Below, one piece after another: positions 22,708-36,160 of a DNA stretch of 64,000 nucleotides; positions within the stretch are counted from its first letter, which is position 1; each line of letters opens with the position of its first letter. The stretch covers positions 62,001-126,000 of the forward strand of contig JBDOQK010000004.1 of NCBI GenBank assembly GCA_040437565.1, written 5' to 3'. Source of the stretch: Albugo candida (Eukaryota). The translations under genes were made by a program, and so were the position numbers. The notes under the pieces are model-generated. The model saw nothing but the letters and a program-made list of their open reading frames with translations. It ran no database searches and had not been told where the DNA came from.

Positions 22708-24107
22708 TCAATAGTACGGTTGAAATTGAGGCGGGAAATAAGAGTTTGTGGCTGATGGGTTTTGCGAATATGTGTACCCGTCTGGTGACGCCATGTAGTG
22801 CTGCTGCGGATATTGCTGTATTGGTTGGGAATACTGTTGAGTATAAGCAGGAGATTGACAATACTGTGCCTGGTAAGGATATGCTGATTGGGTTGGATGC
22901 ATCTGTGGCATGCTAGGAGAGTATCCATACACATGATGATGAGGTACATTGATTGGGTTTTGCCAAGGAGGCATGACTGGCTGATTTCTCTCCAAATTTT
23001 GTTGCATTTGTGGATCCAGAGGAGCGTCATATATGGCCAGCAAAAGCTGTCGATAATAGCCACTGGTTTCCCCATGTATTCTATTCCGAAGATCTTTGGC
23101 GTACAGGCGCTGATACGCGCTTTTGGCATGGTGGAGTACACATTGGTAGCGCACCAAAGCAAGACTCAGTTCCTTCTCACTTGTTCCAAATCCTTTCATC
23201 GTGCTCTCAAAAATCTCAGCAATCGCTGGGTATGGGTCCAATATAAGTCGAACCATTAAAATCAGACTCTTTTTTGCATCAAAACTGAATTCTTTTTCAA
23301 TGGCTTTTACAATGTTGTTGTGATACATCCGAAAATACACAGCATCCAGTTCAGAAAGATACGTTGGTGGGCATTCTACAAGAATCTTTATAAATGTCGT
23401 CTCATCGGTCCCAAGTCGTCCCTGACCCGCGTTATACAACGCGATTGCGTCTGTTTTGGCACGATCTGCTGTGTGAATACTTGGATGGTACGGTTGTCGA
23501 GCAGCCTATAGGTGTTCTGATGAGCATGATAAAATACAACGCTACCATCTATCACCTGAAGCATCGCCATTATCACTTTCCTGAAATCTCCACTGGTTTC
23601 CGAGTTCATTATTACACTCAGATCCTTCCCTGTCTGATTGAAAAACGTCCTTCTTAAAAGCTGCATCTCCTCATTGCTTCTCCCTGCCAGAATCTGCAAA
23701 TTTGATAACTTCTTAATTTTTCCAAAACTAATCTGATTGTGTACCTGAATGCATAGGCTTTCATTCGTTCCAAGACCTTTTGTTGCCTGACGTAGAAATA
23801 ACGCTTCTGTCTCCGGCAGAGAGCTCGAAATCATTTGCATTAGCATTCCAAAGTCTCCAGAGCATTTTTTCTTCATTTTCTCGGCAAGTGGCTTTCTGTA
23901 GAGTTCATGATAGCGAGCTATTATTCTGTTCCGAGTTTCGACGGTCTGCGCGCCTAGAGCTTGAATCAAGCGCTTTTCATCGGTACGAAATCCCTTGCAA
24001 GCACTCTGAATCTGTTGCACTATGTCGTCTATAGCTGGTGAATATTCACTGGGAGTATTGTACGGCGAGTTGTAAGCGGAAGGAGGGTACAAGAACAGTT
24101 GGAACAT
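22708..24107 (-). CDS. Annexin (4 repeats, 2 introns) with P/Q/Y-rich C-terminal tail
   Basis: Repeat motifs KGFRTDE, KGLGTNE, GRLGTDE, KGFGTSE, and ETSGDF/ETSGYY. Confidence 0.93.
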
Positions 24108-24205
24108 AAGAATTATGTGTCCTTGAAGCGTTGTAAGATAGCTGAGTCTGATACGGTCAGATCTGATTTTATGTATACTTGCGATTGGATATAATTAGAC
24201 GCAGC

Positions 24206-25033
24206 ATGGATGCGCTACTCAATGACGCACTCAAACGAGGGAATCCTGTGGTTTTCTTTGATATTGCAATTGGTGGAGCACCCGTCGGACGTATGAAAAT
24301 GGAGCTGTTCAAGAGAGAGTGTCCAAAGACGGTTGAGAACTTTAGGTAAGATCGAGTGAAGTATGCATTAGTGCTACTCTCAAAGCTGGACTATTAAACG
24401 TACTTGATAGACAATTTTGCACGGGGGAGTACAAGTACGTTAAGTTCAAAGCTTCAAAGCTGCTGGATGAAGTGCTAACTGGATTCATGCTAGACAATCG
24501 GATTTGCCCATAGGATACAAAGAATGCACATTTCATCGCGTGATCAAAGATTTCATGATTCAGGTCTGTGATGCCTCTACAATCCCTCTTTCTGGACGAA
24601 ATTGAATTGTGTCAATAGGGAGGCGATTTTTTGAAGGTGATTAAGTGCGATGCCTGTCGAGTCGCATGCTGACAATATATAGGGAGATGGAACCGGACGA
24701 CTTTGCATTTATGGCGATAAATTCGCCGATGAATCATTTGTATACAAGCACACAGACCCGGGGCTTTTATCAATGGCAAGTAGTCCAGTCATTACAATTC
24801 TGCTAAATTTTCTAAAGGCAGATATGCAGGCAAATAGTGGTCCTGACACAAATGGCTGTCAGTTCTTCATCACATGCGCTCCATGCGATTGGCTGGACCG
24901 AAAACATGTAGTATTCGGTAAACTGTTAGATCCTGTATCCTTACTTCTACTTCGCAAGATGGAGAGCGTTCCTGTTGGGCCACAAAACAAACCAAAGCTA
25001 AGCATTGTCATTACTGAGTGTGGCGAATTATGA
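24206..25033 (+). CDS. Cyclophilin-type peptidyl-prolyl isomerase (PPIH-like), multi-exon
   Basis: [72 protein letters not shown]. Confidence 0.95.
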
Positions 25034-25305
25034 NNNNNNNNNNNNNNNNNNNNNNNNNNNNNNNNNNNNNNNNNNNNNNNNNNNNNNNNNNNNNNNNNNN
25101 NNNNNNNNNNNNNNNNNNNNNNNNNNNNNNNNNTCATTACTGAGTGTGGCGAATTATGATGCACTACGTCACTATTGGCTAATAATAGACTTCTTGAGTT
25201 TAAACTTGTGCACTTGCGATTTTGATTTGATATTAAGATGCTATAATAACCAATAAGAAATAAGCTATTACAAAACATTCATTAAGCACCACACAATCTA
25301 ATCTA

Positions 25306-27400
25306 ATGACGGAAGCTGCAGCAGTGAAACCCACTGACCAAACGGAACAACCAATCGATGCACAGCCAAAAAAATTAACGAAAAAAGAGCTGCGTATCCT
25401 TGAACGTCAAAAAGCTGCTGTAAGCGCCCATTTCCCATGTACAGAGCACCAAACGTAACACGACTCTGATCTATTTAGGCCGCTGCAGCTGCATCCTGTA
25501 AGCTGAATGATGTCTTTGGTGAGAAGCCATTACTTCAGTCGCAACAAAAATATCAAAATTCGGCCAATAAGTATCAAAAGTACGTATACACATCGTATAC
25601 TATACATCATCGTTGTGCTCACTCATTGCAGTGTCGATCAACTTCATTTGGTGGAGACTGGAAGTCAAGTTTGGGTCCGTGGATATCTCCAAAATGTCCG
25701 TTCCAAGTCGAAAATCGCATTCTTATTGCTGCGTCAGAGCATGGCTTCCATCCAAGCAATCCTTAGCGAGGTACATACGCTGAATGATCTCAGATTTTCA
25801 TCTGATCTGTACATTTTGGTATCAGAGCGATCAGGTTCCAAAAGCAATGATCAAATTCGCCAGTGGAATACCAAAAGAATCCGTTGTGGAAATGCTGGTC
25901 ACAATCACAGCGGCAAAACAACCTATCGTCAGCACCAGTCAAAAAGATATCGAGCTCCAAGTGCATCAGCTCTTTCTCATNNNNNNNNNNNNNNNNNNNN
26001 NNNNNNNNNNNNNNNNNNNNNNNNNNNNNNNNNNNNNNNNNNNNNNNNNNNNNNNNNNNNNNNNNNNNNNNNNNNNNNNNATCTGATCTGTACATTTTGG
26101 TATCAGAGCGATCAGGTTCCAAAAGCAATGATCAAATTCGCCAGTGGAATACCAAAAGAATCCGTTGTGGAAATGCTGGTCACAATCACAGCGGCAAAAC
26201 AACCTATCGTCAGCACCAGTCAAAAAGATATCGAGCTCCAAGTGCATCAGCTCTTTCTCATCAGCAAAGCGATGCCAGAGCTACCTTTCCAAGTTGAAGA
26301 TGCCGCACGACCTGACGCTCTAATAAAGGCAGAAGGATCTACATTCGCAGATGTTGGACTGGATACTCGGTTGAATACAAGAGTGTTGGATCTCCGTACG
26401 CCGGCGAATCAAGCGATCATGCGAATTCAAGCTGGAGTATGTCGATTATTTCGTGAGTTTCTCGACGAAAAAGGATTTATCGAAATTCACACACCCAAAC
26501 TTATTGGTGGTGCCAGTGAAAGTGGTGCTAGCGTTTTCAAGCTGAAATACTTTGATCAGGAAGCATGTTTGGCACAATCTCCGCAGACGTACAAGCAAAT
26601 GGCGTGTGCTTGTGGAGGGCTTGAGCGTGTATACGAGATCGGACCGGTTTTTCGAGCGGAAAACTCCAACACGCATCGACATATGTGCGAGTTTGTAGGT
26701 CTGGATCTTGAAATGGTCATCCAGGATCACTATCATGAAGTCGTACAGCTCTTTTCCGATCTTTTCATCTACATTTTTGATAATTTGACTGCCAGATTCG
26801 CCGACCAATTGGCGGCAGTGAACGAGCAGCATCCCTTTGAGCCACTAAAGTACAAGAAACCTTCACTGATACTCTCCTTTGAAGAAGGTGTCAAGATGCT
26901 GCACGAAGCTGGAGCGAAGCAAAATCCAGAAGATGATCTCTCGACAGAGAATGAAAAGTGGTTGGGTAATTTGGTTAAGGAGAAGTATGATACCGATTTC
27001 TACATCTTGGACAAATATCCTCTGTCTGTGCGTCCATTTTACACGATGCCAGACGCCGAAGATACCCGTTGGAGCAACTCGTACGATATTATGATTCGCG
27101 GCGAAGAGATTGTGTCGGGAGCGCAACGTGTGCATGATGCCAAACTACTGGAAGATCGTCTCGATGCTCTCAGCGTGCCCAAAGAAACCCTCAAAACGTA
27201 TATCGATGCATTTCGATTGGGCGCATTACCTCATGGAGGGGGCGGGATTGGACTAGAGCGCGTCGTCATGCTTTATCTTGGCCTCGGAAACATACGCAAA
27301 GCATCCATGTTCCCAAGAGACCCGGTAAGAAAGTGCACTAGATCGTGTCTGCTGACAATTCTGATCGTGTACGTCTTCGCAGAAGCGTTTATTTCCATGA
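25306..27400 (+). CDS. DARS: Cytosolic aspartyl-tRNA synthetase (spliced; includes an artefactual overlap at a gap)
   Basis: OB-fold [67 protein letters not shown], final exon KRLFP*. Confidence 0.96.
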
Positions 27401-27809
27401 TTACTGCAGCCTGAGTCAAGTCGTTTTAATCAAGAACTGCTCCATTCGTCGACCTTCCTCTACGTTTCCAGCTTTATTAAATATTTGCATCTGTACGCGG
27501 AGCTGTTCTTGTGATCGCATTGCATGAACNNNNNNNNNNNNNNNNNNNNNNNNNNNNNNNNNNNNNNNNNNNNNNNNNNNNNNNNNNNNNNNNNNNNNNN
27601 NNNNNNNNNNNNNNNNNNNNNNNNNNNNNGAGGGGGCGGGATTGGACTAGAGCGCGTCGTCATGCTTTATCTTGGCCTCGGAAACATACGCAAAGCATCC
27701 ATGTTCCCAAGAGACCCGGTAAGAAAGTGCACTAGATCGTGTCTGCTGACAATTCTGATCGTGTACGTCTTCGCAGAAGCGTTTATTTCCATGATTACTG
27801 CAGCCTGAG

Positions 27810-28345
27810 TCAAGTCGTTTTAATCAAGAACTGCTCCATTCGTCGACCTTCCTCTACGTTTCCAGCTTTATTAAATATTTGCATCTGTACGCGGAGCTGT
27901 TCTTGTGATCGCATTGCATGAACCTTCTCCGTGTCCATTCTTTGCAGTAATGCTATAAACTCGTCTTTGTCCTGGCATTCTTGTGCGGCTTGACGCTCCT
28001 TGCGCATGTATCCTCCATCCGTAAGTGGATTCCTTCCATGATCCTTGCTCCGATGCTTATCCTTGCTCTGCTTTTTGCGTATGCCTTCATTTCGTACGCC
28101 TCGAAATCATAAAACTTTACATGTGGCAGCGTCGCAGTATTGAAATTTTCTCGAAATTACTCGATGACTTCTCGCTCAAAGCCATTGAAATTTTGTAACT
28201 AAACCATCAACGCTCAGACTCATTCCCGATAAACAAAGTGTGACACCTATCTGCTTGACATTTCGAACCACGCTTAACGAAACACATTTCGACTGAAAAT
28301 GGCTTTCGCGAATGATTCCATACTTCCCATACTCAAGGTGAACAG
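27810..28345 (-). pseudogene. Conserved uncharacterised protein with GKYGII...FNTATLPH motif, apparently disrupted
   Basis: EYGKYGIIRESHF; LQNFNGFEREVIE*FRENFNTATLPHVKFYDFEAYEM has an in-frame TAA, and a frameshift precedes the C-terminal MRSQEQLRVQMQ segment. Confidence 0.55.
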
Positions 28346-29514
28346 TTCTATCCCGTTCAATAGGAGCTGACTAGCTTGATATGCAACCAGCAAAGTGATA
28401 CGTTTGGACTGTTGTCCAAATGAACCCATGCTGCCAGAGCGATAGTAATTCATACTATTCATACGATATTTGCTTATGTCACTGAAAATAGCAAGCACAC
28501 GTCCGAAACATTCCACCGCGGCTTGTCGCATGCATTAATACATGCGTATCATCCCCTCCAAGAAATCCTTGTACAAAATCTTTGAGATACACTCATGAAT
28601 CACGCACACGAATTCGAAATGCGTCTTCGAGGAGCTGATACTCAACATNNNNNNNNNNNNNNNNNNNNNNNNNNNNNNNNNNNNNNNNNNNNNNNNNNNN
28701 NNNNNNNNNNNNNNNNNNNNNNNNNNNNNNNNNNNNNNNNNNNNNNNNATTTTCTCGAAATTACTCGATGACTTCTCGCTCAAAGCCATTGAAATTTTGT
28801 AACTAAACCATCAACGCTCAGACTCATTCCCGATAAACAAAGTGTGACACCTATCTGCTTGACATTTCGAACCACGCTTAACGAAACACATTTCGACTGA
28901 AAATGGCTTTCGCGAATGATTCCATACTTCCCATACTCAAGGTGAACAGTTCTATCCCGTTCAATAGGAGCTGACTAGCTTGATATGCAACCAGCAAAGT
29001 GATACGTTTGGACTGTTGTCCAAATGAACCCATGCTGCCAGAGCGATAGTAATTCATACTATTCATACGATATTTGCTTATGTCACTGAAAATAGCAAGC
29101 ACACGTCCGAAACATTCCACCGCGGCTTGTCGCATGCATTAATACATGCGTATCATCCCCTCCAAGAAATCCTTGTACAAAATCTTTGAGATACACTCAT
29201 GAATCACGCACACGAATTCGAAATGCGTCTTCGAGGAGCTGATACTCAACATTTACCAAGAGACGGATCAACAAACGTACACATGCAGCGCTCACCATGA
29301 CAACCATGACGATCGGCAAAAATACAAACGCCTGCCGCCAACAGCATATTGTCAAAAACTAAAGTGTATCTTGGTCGCCATCAGCTATGCATTCATTCAA
29401 GCGGCTTTGTACACTTTTCGTATCTAAATTAATTTTTTCCAATAAAGCGTGCAATATGTGAGCTGCGTTGATGGACGTAATGGAGAATTTCTGTCAAGAG
29501 ACCAAATCTTCAAC

Positions 29515-30138
29515 ATGACAACGCGCCCAGCAACCCCGAGAATGAAACCTGCGAATATGCGTCCCACTTCGCAACCCAATTCAAAGAGCCACACGACCAA
29601 CTCTTACCCCATCCGACAAACTAGCTCAACTCGAGCGAGAATTGAACGGCTAAGAGGTGAGAACTTAATTCTCAAAAACGATTTTCAGACGAGCAGAAAA
29701 ATGTTTGCCGAAGAACAGGCGATATCGCACCATCAAAGTATTCAATTTCAACTAGTCCTGGAAGACAACCGTATATTCAAACAAAAGTTGGGCAGCTCGA
29801 ATCTGAAATTGCATCGCAATAGGCGAGTATTCATGAGCTCACTTTGCGCTTATCTAATTACGCCTACAGAGATTCTTTGAGTGGTGACTCTAGATTATGC
29901 AATATTGGAACGCTACTGTGTTGCACTCGGCCAATTGCTCTCTGGACTCTATGAACGCGTCTTTTGTCTTACACAATTCCGCCTCAACTTGTTGTGATCG
30001 GCGTTTTCTTGTCCCAATAGAATCTGACCGTGAGCAACACAGTAGCGTTCCAATAAAGCCCGTCAAGGTCAAATAATCCAACTACAAGCAACTAAGAAGA
30101 AATTGCAGCGTCAGATAAGACGTAATAATTACAAATAG
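29515..30138 (+). pseudogene. Coiled-coil gene family, distant copy 3
   Basis: MTTRPATPRMKPANMR...RARIERLRGENLIL resembles the copy 1 N-terminus. After a frameshift QLESEIASQ*ASIHELTLRL; ends KKLQRQIRRNNYK*. Confidence 0.55.
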
Positions 30139-30620
30139 CAAAATCCCGTCGGGGTCCGTACAAAGTGAACCCAACTAATTCTTTCAATCTTTGAAATCCC
30201 AAGTACCAGATGCATTATTATTTATTAATCATTTGTTCGCACGAGTGCATCTCGCCACGTTGACGATTATGGTCGCCAGTATCAATGTGCAAATTCTTGG
30301 CCTATGCGACAAGATATATCTTTAGAGAATACTAATGCAGAGCATGAGCGAGCGGAGGCCACTAAACATAATGTACAAGCGTCGTAAGGGGTACCGCATG
30401 TGATAGAACTCCAACATATCAGATCAAGCTGATTGTTTCTGCTAGACTACATCTGAGAACGAACCTGATCTGAGTTGTAGCAAGTAATGTTGAAGGAAAC
30501 ATGTTTCTGGTGTCTTCTGTATTGCCAGTCTCGTAAAAACATAAGGCAACTCAAAGCAATGACACCCTTCTGCATGGATCCTACTTCTCGTACAGGTATA
30601 CGTGTGTCCAAAACACTTCC

Positions 30621-33617
30621 TTATTTCGATTCCATGTCGCTAAAAACTTGTGTTCGACGCGCTCTCCGTGCGAGTAAAGCGAGTGCGTTCAAATCCGTTA
30701 TCTTCTGCAATTGACATGGCCAAGAGATTCGTCCACGCGTAGAATTCTCTTCTCTAGCATCCCATTCCAATGGTAGCATCAGTCTTTGTAGGCTACGCAT
30801 CTCAATGAGCAAGGAAGCGTGTAACCTCGTAATCAAATCAAGATCTGCCTTCTCCGATGTGGCAACATTCCAACAGATATGAAAAGCCCCCGGATGCGCT
30901 TGCAAAATCAATTGTATGCACCAAATCAAACTAGACCACGACGTCCATAGACTCAACATGACGAATTGACGCCGAATTATTATGTATTCGACCACACCTT
31001 TTAACTCTTCGACTCGAACTTTGAGCATATCAGACGGGAAAATAGTCCTGAGGTTGCACCCCTTTGATACTAATAGGAGTGGGGTCCAAACCGATGAGGC
31101 AAGAGGACAAGACAGTTTAGGCTTTGGTCGATGGAGAAATTGAGCAGGATGGAGTGTTATACATCCAACAAAGCATGAATCATGAGAGGGTAGGAACTCT
31201 AGTGGATGGGTACGAGTATACATATGATCGCCACATTCGGTTTCGGTAGATGCATGTAGATGAATCCCCACGATTACTTTTCCGAGGTTTGGTACCGTGG
31301 AATTCCATACGACAGGGACCTTCCAATCAACAGAGAAATTTGCGCTTTTGGATGCAGCAAGTGTTTGAATAGATGACACAGAATACGAATTTGCTGGTAT
31401 CTTGCTGCCATTTTGGTTGCAGGTAGAGCAGGAAGTGCAAATTGTGACAAATGCTTGGGTGAGGCTGACGCTTGAACCATTACGTATTTCAAGCTGAAGA
31501 GAAATCGTACTTTGAGATGGGTCGAAAAGCGTGATGCTATGGCTGATGATTGCGAACACTTCATAGCTGTGATTTCCAGCAGCCTTACTACCCAAATCAG
31601 CATGCATCGGTACTGTATCAACGGGTTGAGGCTTTCTTCTCATGCCTTCACGCGCCTGAGCATCCACACTAATCACTTGTATCATAGACGCTTTATGGCT
31701 GCCAAGTGAAAGCCTGCGGTATGGAATGTTTTCAAGCAGTATTCTACTCAACGTCATTTTCTTCCCTTGGAGTGTCTTCTGGGTGTCGTTATACTGATCA
31801 ATCAAGAGGCTGTTCATATGTGCCACGAGATTCAATTTATCTCGAACGACAGATTCCGTACGCTCGAGTTCTCTTTTGCCTAATTCAACACGGATTTCCA
31901 AAGAGCGAAGTAGGTTGGCTAGCTGTTGGGTATCCTGTCGGAGCTTATCGCCAAAGGTAGCAGGAAGGTGGGTTGATTTGTTCTTATTGAGATATTTCTC
32001 CACGCGACGTACATGAAGCGGTAGCAATGGGACGTCTTGACTCGACTCGATTTTCCGTAATTGCCGAACAGTATCCGCATCGTCCTCGAATGTTCGCTTC
32101 AAAATAACTTTTTTACAGGTCAGATGGAACGCATCCCATCCGCTTTGCTCCTGAAGTGACATTACAATTGCATGATGAAATTTCTCGACGACAAAATCGC
32201 TTAAAGAGATGTTTTTCTCTCGGACGACATTGGAGAGGATGATTTGAATCGATTCAGGATCCAAATGACAAGTGAAAATCTCACCAACATACTCGAAATG
32301 TTGAGATAAACGAAGCCGCAACAGTTTCTTATGGCTTCGTTCGATGAACACGATGAAGCAAGATGCTGCTATATCGGAACAGTATACTGCACATACAATT
32401 GCGCCGGACTCTTCATCCAATGAGCTTCTGTGAGCTAGCATGATACTACACTCGAAAAAGTGAGAAATCTATTCATATATATCAAATCGTTTGCAAGACT
32501 TACATATCTCGTGGAGTTGCTAGAAGGTCCGAGGATGCACAGAGAACGTTATTCTGGTAGAGCTTCAGTCTATTGTGAGTTGTACCGACCATCATATACT
32601 CGTCCGGTCCAGGGAAGGAACACGTTTGCGTGAACGGAGAAAAGCTTTCGATTTTATTTTTTGGGGCGATGAAAGCACAGGTGACTTGCTCTTGTCCTTT
32701 ACGACCGCAATACTCATTGAGCCAGTGTTCACCACAGCGATTCCCTGAATTCGATTTTCCCGTGTTCTTTGCAATACACAAGCGGGTCCAAAAGTGATAA
32801 TTGTCCGCTCCATCCGAACAGATCGACGTATTCTGCGTCGATGAACTCGATAATATAATATGTGCCAAAATATAATCAGAATCTTCTAAATAATGAAAGC
32901 GTTGGCATGAAAATTCCGTCCGTCTAAAACTTCCATCGTCCAGACGCATCTTGCTCCATGAGGCCGGAGGTGATATTTTCTCTGTCAATACGATCTCAAA
33001 AGGGAGATTATCATCCATCGATGCATGCACCACGTGAATGGCTTCGGAAGCATAATCAAAAATCACAAGGAATGGACCATCCAAAAGTATCATTTGCAAT
33101 GTCGATGCGGTGGCGTTGTTCGACTCAAGTGTTAGTGTAGAGTATAATTCTACTTTCCATGACTCTCCTCCTTGTTGTGGACTCCACGTTTTCATCAAGA
33201 TGTAAAAATATAAACTTGTACTACTATGTGATTGTGAGATACCGTCGCTATTCCCATAGCTTGCATCATGTGGCTGGGCAAGAACGATCAAAGGAAGCTC
33301 CCTACAGTCGAAACTATTTGCACCAGATGACACAGAAATATAGCGTACTTTCCATACATTGAGATTGATTCCACAAAAACTTTCTTTACAGTTTTTATTT
33401 CCATCGATTCACTCGCGTCGTGTTGAAAGGGATACGTTCGTTTGTGCTCCTTGAGTTTTACTTTGCCTTTTCTCGATGCTTTGTCCACGTTCACATCATC
33501 TCCATCAAACGCATGCAACAAATGACGTACTTCGAGTTCGATAGTACCATCGGACGCAGAAATGCGAAGAGAAGCGATGCAAGGCATCCCATCGGATAGG
33601 AAGCTCCATGCCGTCAT
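30621..33617 (-). CDS. Fanconi anemia group B (FANCB)-like protein, about 3 exons
   Basis: Ordered motifs DCRELPLIVL, LYFYILM, LLDGPFLV, MVGTTHNRLKLYQN, a coiled coil (LLRSLEIRVELGKRELERTESVVRDK) and a beta-sandwich (LQLEIRNGSSVSL), which resemble FANCB from memory. Confidence 0.6.
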
Positions 33618-33924
33618 TTAGCCTAATTTAGGGAGAACCACNNNNNNNNNNNNNNNNNNNNNNNNNNNNNNNNNNNNNNNNNNNNNNNNNNNNNNNNNNN
33701 NNNNNNNNNNNNNNNNNNNNNNNNNNNNNNNNNNNNNNNNNCGATGGTACTATCGAACTCGAAGTACCATCGGACGCAGAAATGCGAAGAGAAGCGATGC
33801 AAGGCATCCCATCGGATAGGAAGCTCCATGCCGTCATTTAGCTTAATTTAGGGAGAACCACATAAAGCTAAGCGAATTGGACCGTTTATTATGTGGTTTC
33901 ATTCCGAAGCGCCATTTTGTATCA

Positions 33925-36130
33925 ATGCAGCGCTCCTCCAATGCAAAATGGCGCTCCAGTAAAACCCGGATATTTTTCCTTCTCTGCTTATCACCGTTTC
34001 TATTGATTGCTTTGTTTATTTGGTGGGCATTGGGACGGCTTCTGACGCTCTCCTCTTGGATCGTGGGAGCGACATTCATTACGCTTTCGTGGGTTCTGTA
34101 TTTTCTACAGCTACCGTCTCAAGCGCTCCTTTTAGTCGACCTGCCTATCACCATCACTGTAATTATGCTCGCGTGGATCTTTCTACTCCCTCAGCATCTT
34201 TTGCACGTCACTCGAAACACAGGCTACAAATTTCTGATTCGCGCAAGCGTTTGGATGGTGTTATTGGCGTACTCTCTTGCGCGCCGATGGACAGTTGCCA
34301 ATCCATCCGATCAAACTGTAGCAATACTGAACGTATATGTCTTTCTTACGTCCATTTTTCCATTGTGGCATTTGATCACAGATCTTCGATTGTGGGTTCC
34401 TGCCAATGAAATTGATTTGGAGATAGCGGAACGGAATATTTATGAACAACACATCCAAAGTGAGTATCGTGTCAAGACAGTTGCTGGACTTGGAACGGTT
34501 CATGTGCCTTATTGTGGAGACGACAACTCAAATCCGTCATGTTTGGTGCTTCTTCACGGGTATCTTGCCGGAAATGCCTTTTGGGCTGCGGTGAGGTTGC
34601 AGGAATGCATGCATTCCNNNNNNNNNNNNNNNNNNNNNNNNNNNNNNNNNNNNNNNNNNNNNNNNNNNNNNNNNNNNNNNNNNNNNNNNNNNNNNNNNNN
34701 NNNNNNNNNNNNNNNNNTGTGGGTTCCTGCCAATGAAATTGATTTGGAGATAGCGGAACGGAATATTTATGAACAACACATCCAAAGTGAGTATCGTGTC
34801 AAGACAGTTGCTGGACTTGGAACGGTTCATGTGCCTTATTGTGGAGACGACAACTCAAATCCGTCATGTTTGGTGCTTCTTCACGGGTATCTTGCCGGAA
34901 ATGCCTTTTGGGCTGCGGTGAGGTTGCAGGAATGCATGCATTCCATCGCATACGTCTGATCAATTTTTTCGGGTAGAGTCTCCAAGAACTGGCTAAGTCT
35001 TATGATCTGGTGTGGTGTGCAAGGATTCATTCTCTGACGTACTGACTTGACATGTGTTTGATGCAGTATGCAGTCGAATGGAAGGGTGTTGGACGCTCTG
35101 TACGTGCTCGGTACCGCCCAAAAAATGTAAGACATCAGCAGTTCATTCGGGTTATGAATGTAAATATACTGCGTCTATCAGCATGACGAAGCGGACAACT
35201 TCTTCGTAGAATCATTGGAAGAATGGAGGAAAACACTTGAGGTACGATATAAAGAGAACGATTAAGTGAATGGTCTTGATGAGGGCGTTTTCGTAGATGG
35301 ATCGCTTTATTTTGTGCGGTCATTCCATGGGAGTAATTGATAATAGTTTTGTCACCTATGCCGGACGACGTAACGCTGATATGTTGTTAGGGAATATATG
35401 CGACACACTATGCAGCAAAATATGGACGTCATATTGAGCAACTTTTGCTTGTATCACCAGCCGGAGTGAATCCATCGACCTATGTTGGTAATAAGAAATT
35501 TCCATTGCTATATCGCGTCGCGAAGATGTTGCATTTGACCCCAATGGTACGTAGTCATCCGCGATGTTGCCTCATGCTGCACAAGCTAACTATACGCCTT
35601 TATAAGTGGATCATTCGCTTTGTTGGGCCGTTTGGACAGCGATTAACGCGAGCAGCCATGCGCAGACGAATTTCACTAACAGCCACAACAAACGTCATTC
35701 GATGTGGTGACATGAACTTCGACGACATCACCTCGTATTCGTACCATAATTGGGCTCTGAAAGCTTCGACCGATATTGCCATCTACACGCATCTTCATCC
35801 AGTACGATTGTTCAATTCGACTTCTCCGTCTCAACCTTGCTTGTATTTTCTCTGCAGGACATGAATGCCCACCATGGTCCTATCTGCGACAGTTTCGGTC
35901 ATAAGAAGATTAAGATCCCTGTCATCTTCATCTATGGCGGAGGAGACGACTGGATGAATCCTAGTTTCGGGGAGCAGCTTGTTCAGCGCTTGGAAAAAAC
36001 GCAGTACGCAAAGTTCCACCTTGTTCCATATGCAGGTCACCAAGTTTTTATGGACAATCCAAAAGATTTCAATCGCATTGTGATCGATTCGATACAAGAG
36101 TGCAGGAATACTTTGACACAAAATGCGTGA
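33925..36130 (+). CDS. ABHD4/ABHD5-like alpha/beta hydrolase with N-terminal transmembrane helices, multi-exon
   Basis: LVLLHGY, nucleophile ILCGHSMGG, LLLVSPAG, IFIYGGGDDWM, AGHQVFMDNP. Confidence 0.88.
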
Positions 36131-36160
36131 ACGATTGCGTTTATCTCGTACTGACGTAAA

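Noticed and set aside
25507-26080. 635-aa ORF-track N-terminus for Asp-tRNA synthetase
   Set aside because: It reads through introns and a gap; the real gene starts at about 25306 and is spliced.
33742-33772. Micro-inversion or hairpin (CGATGGTAC-TATCGAACTCGAA-GTACCATCG) relative to 33527-33552
   Set aside because: It sits exactly at a contig end and is a fold-back of adjacent sequence, so it is most likely a chimeric-read artefact.
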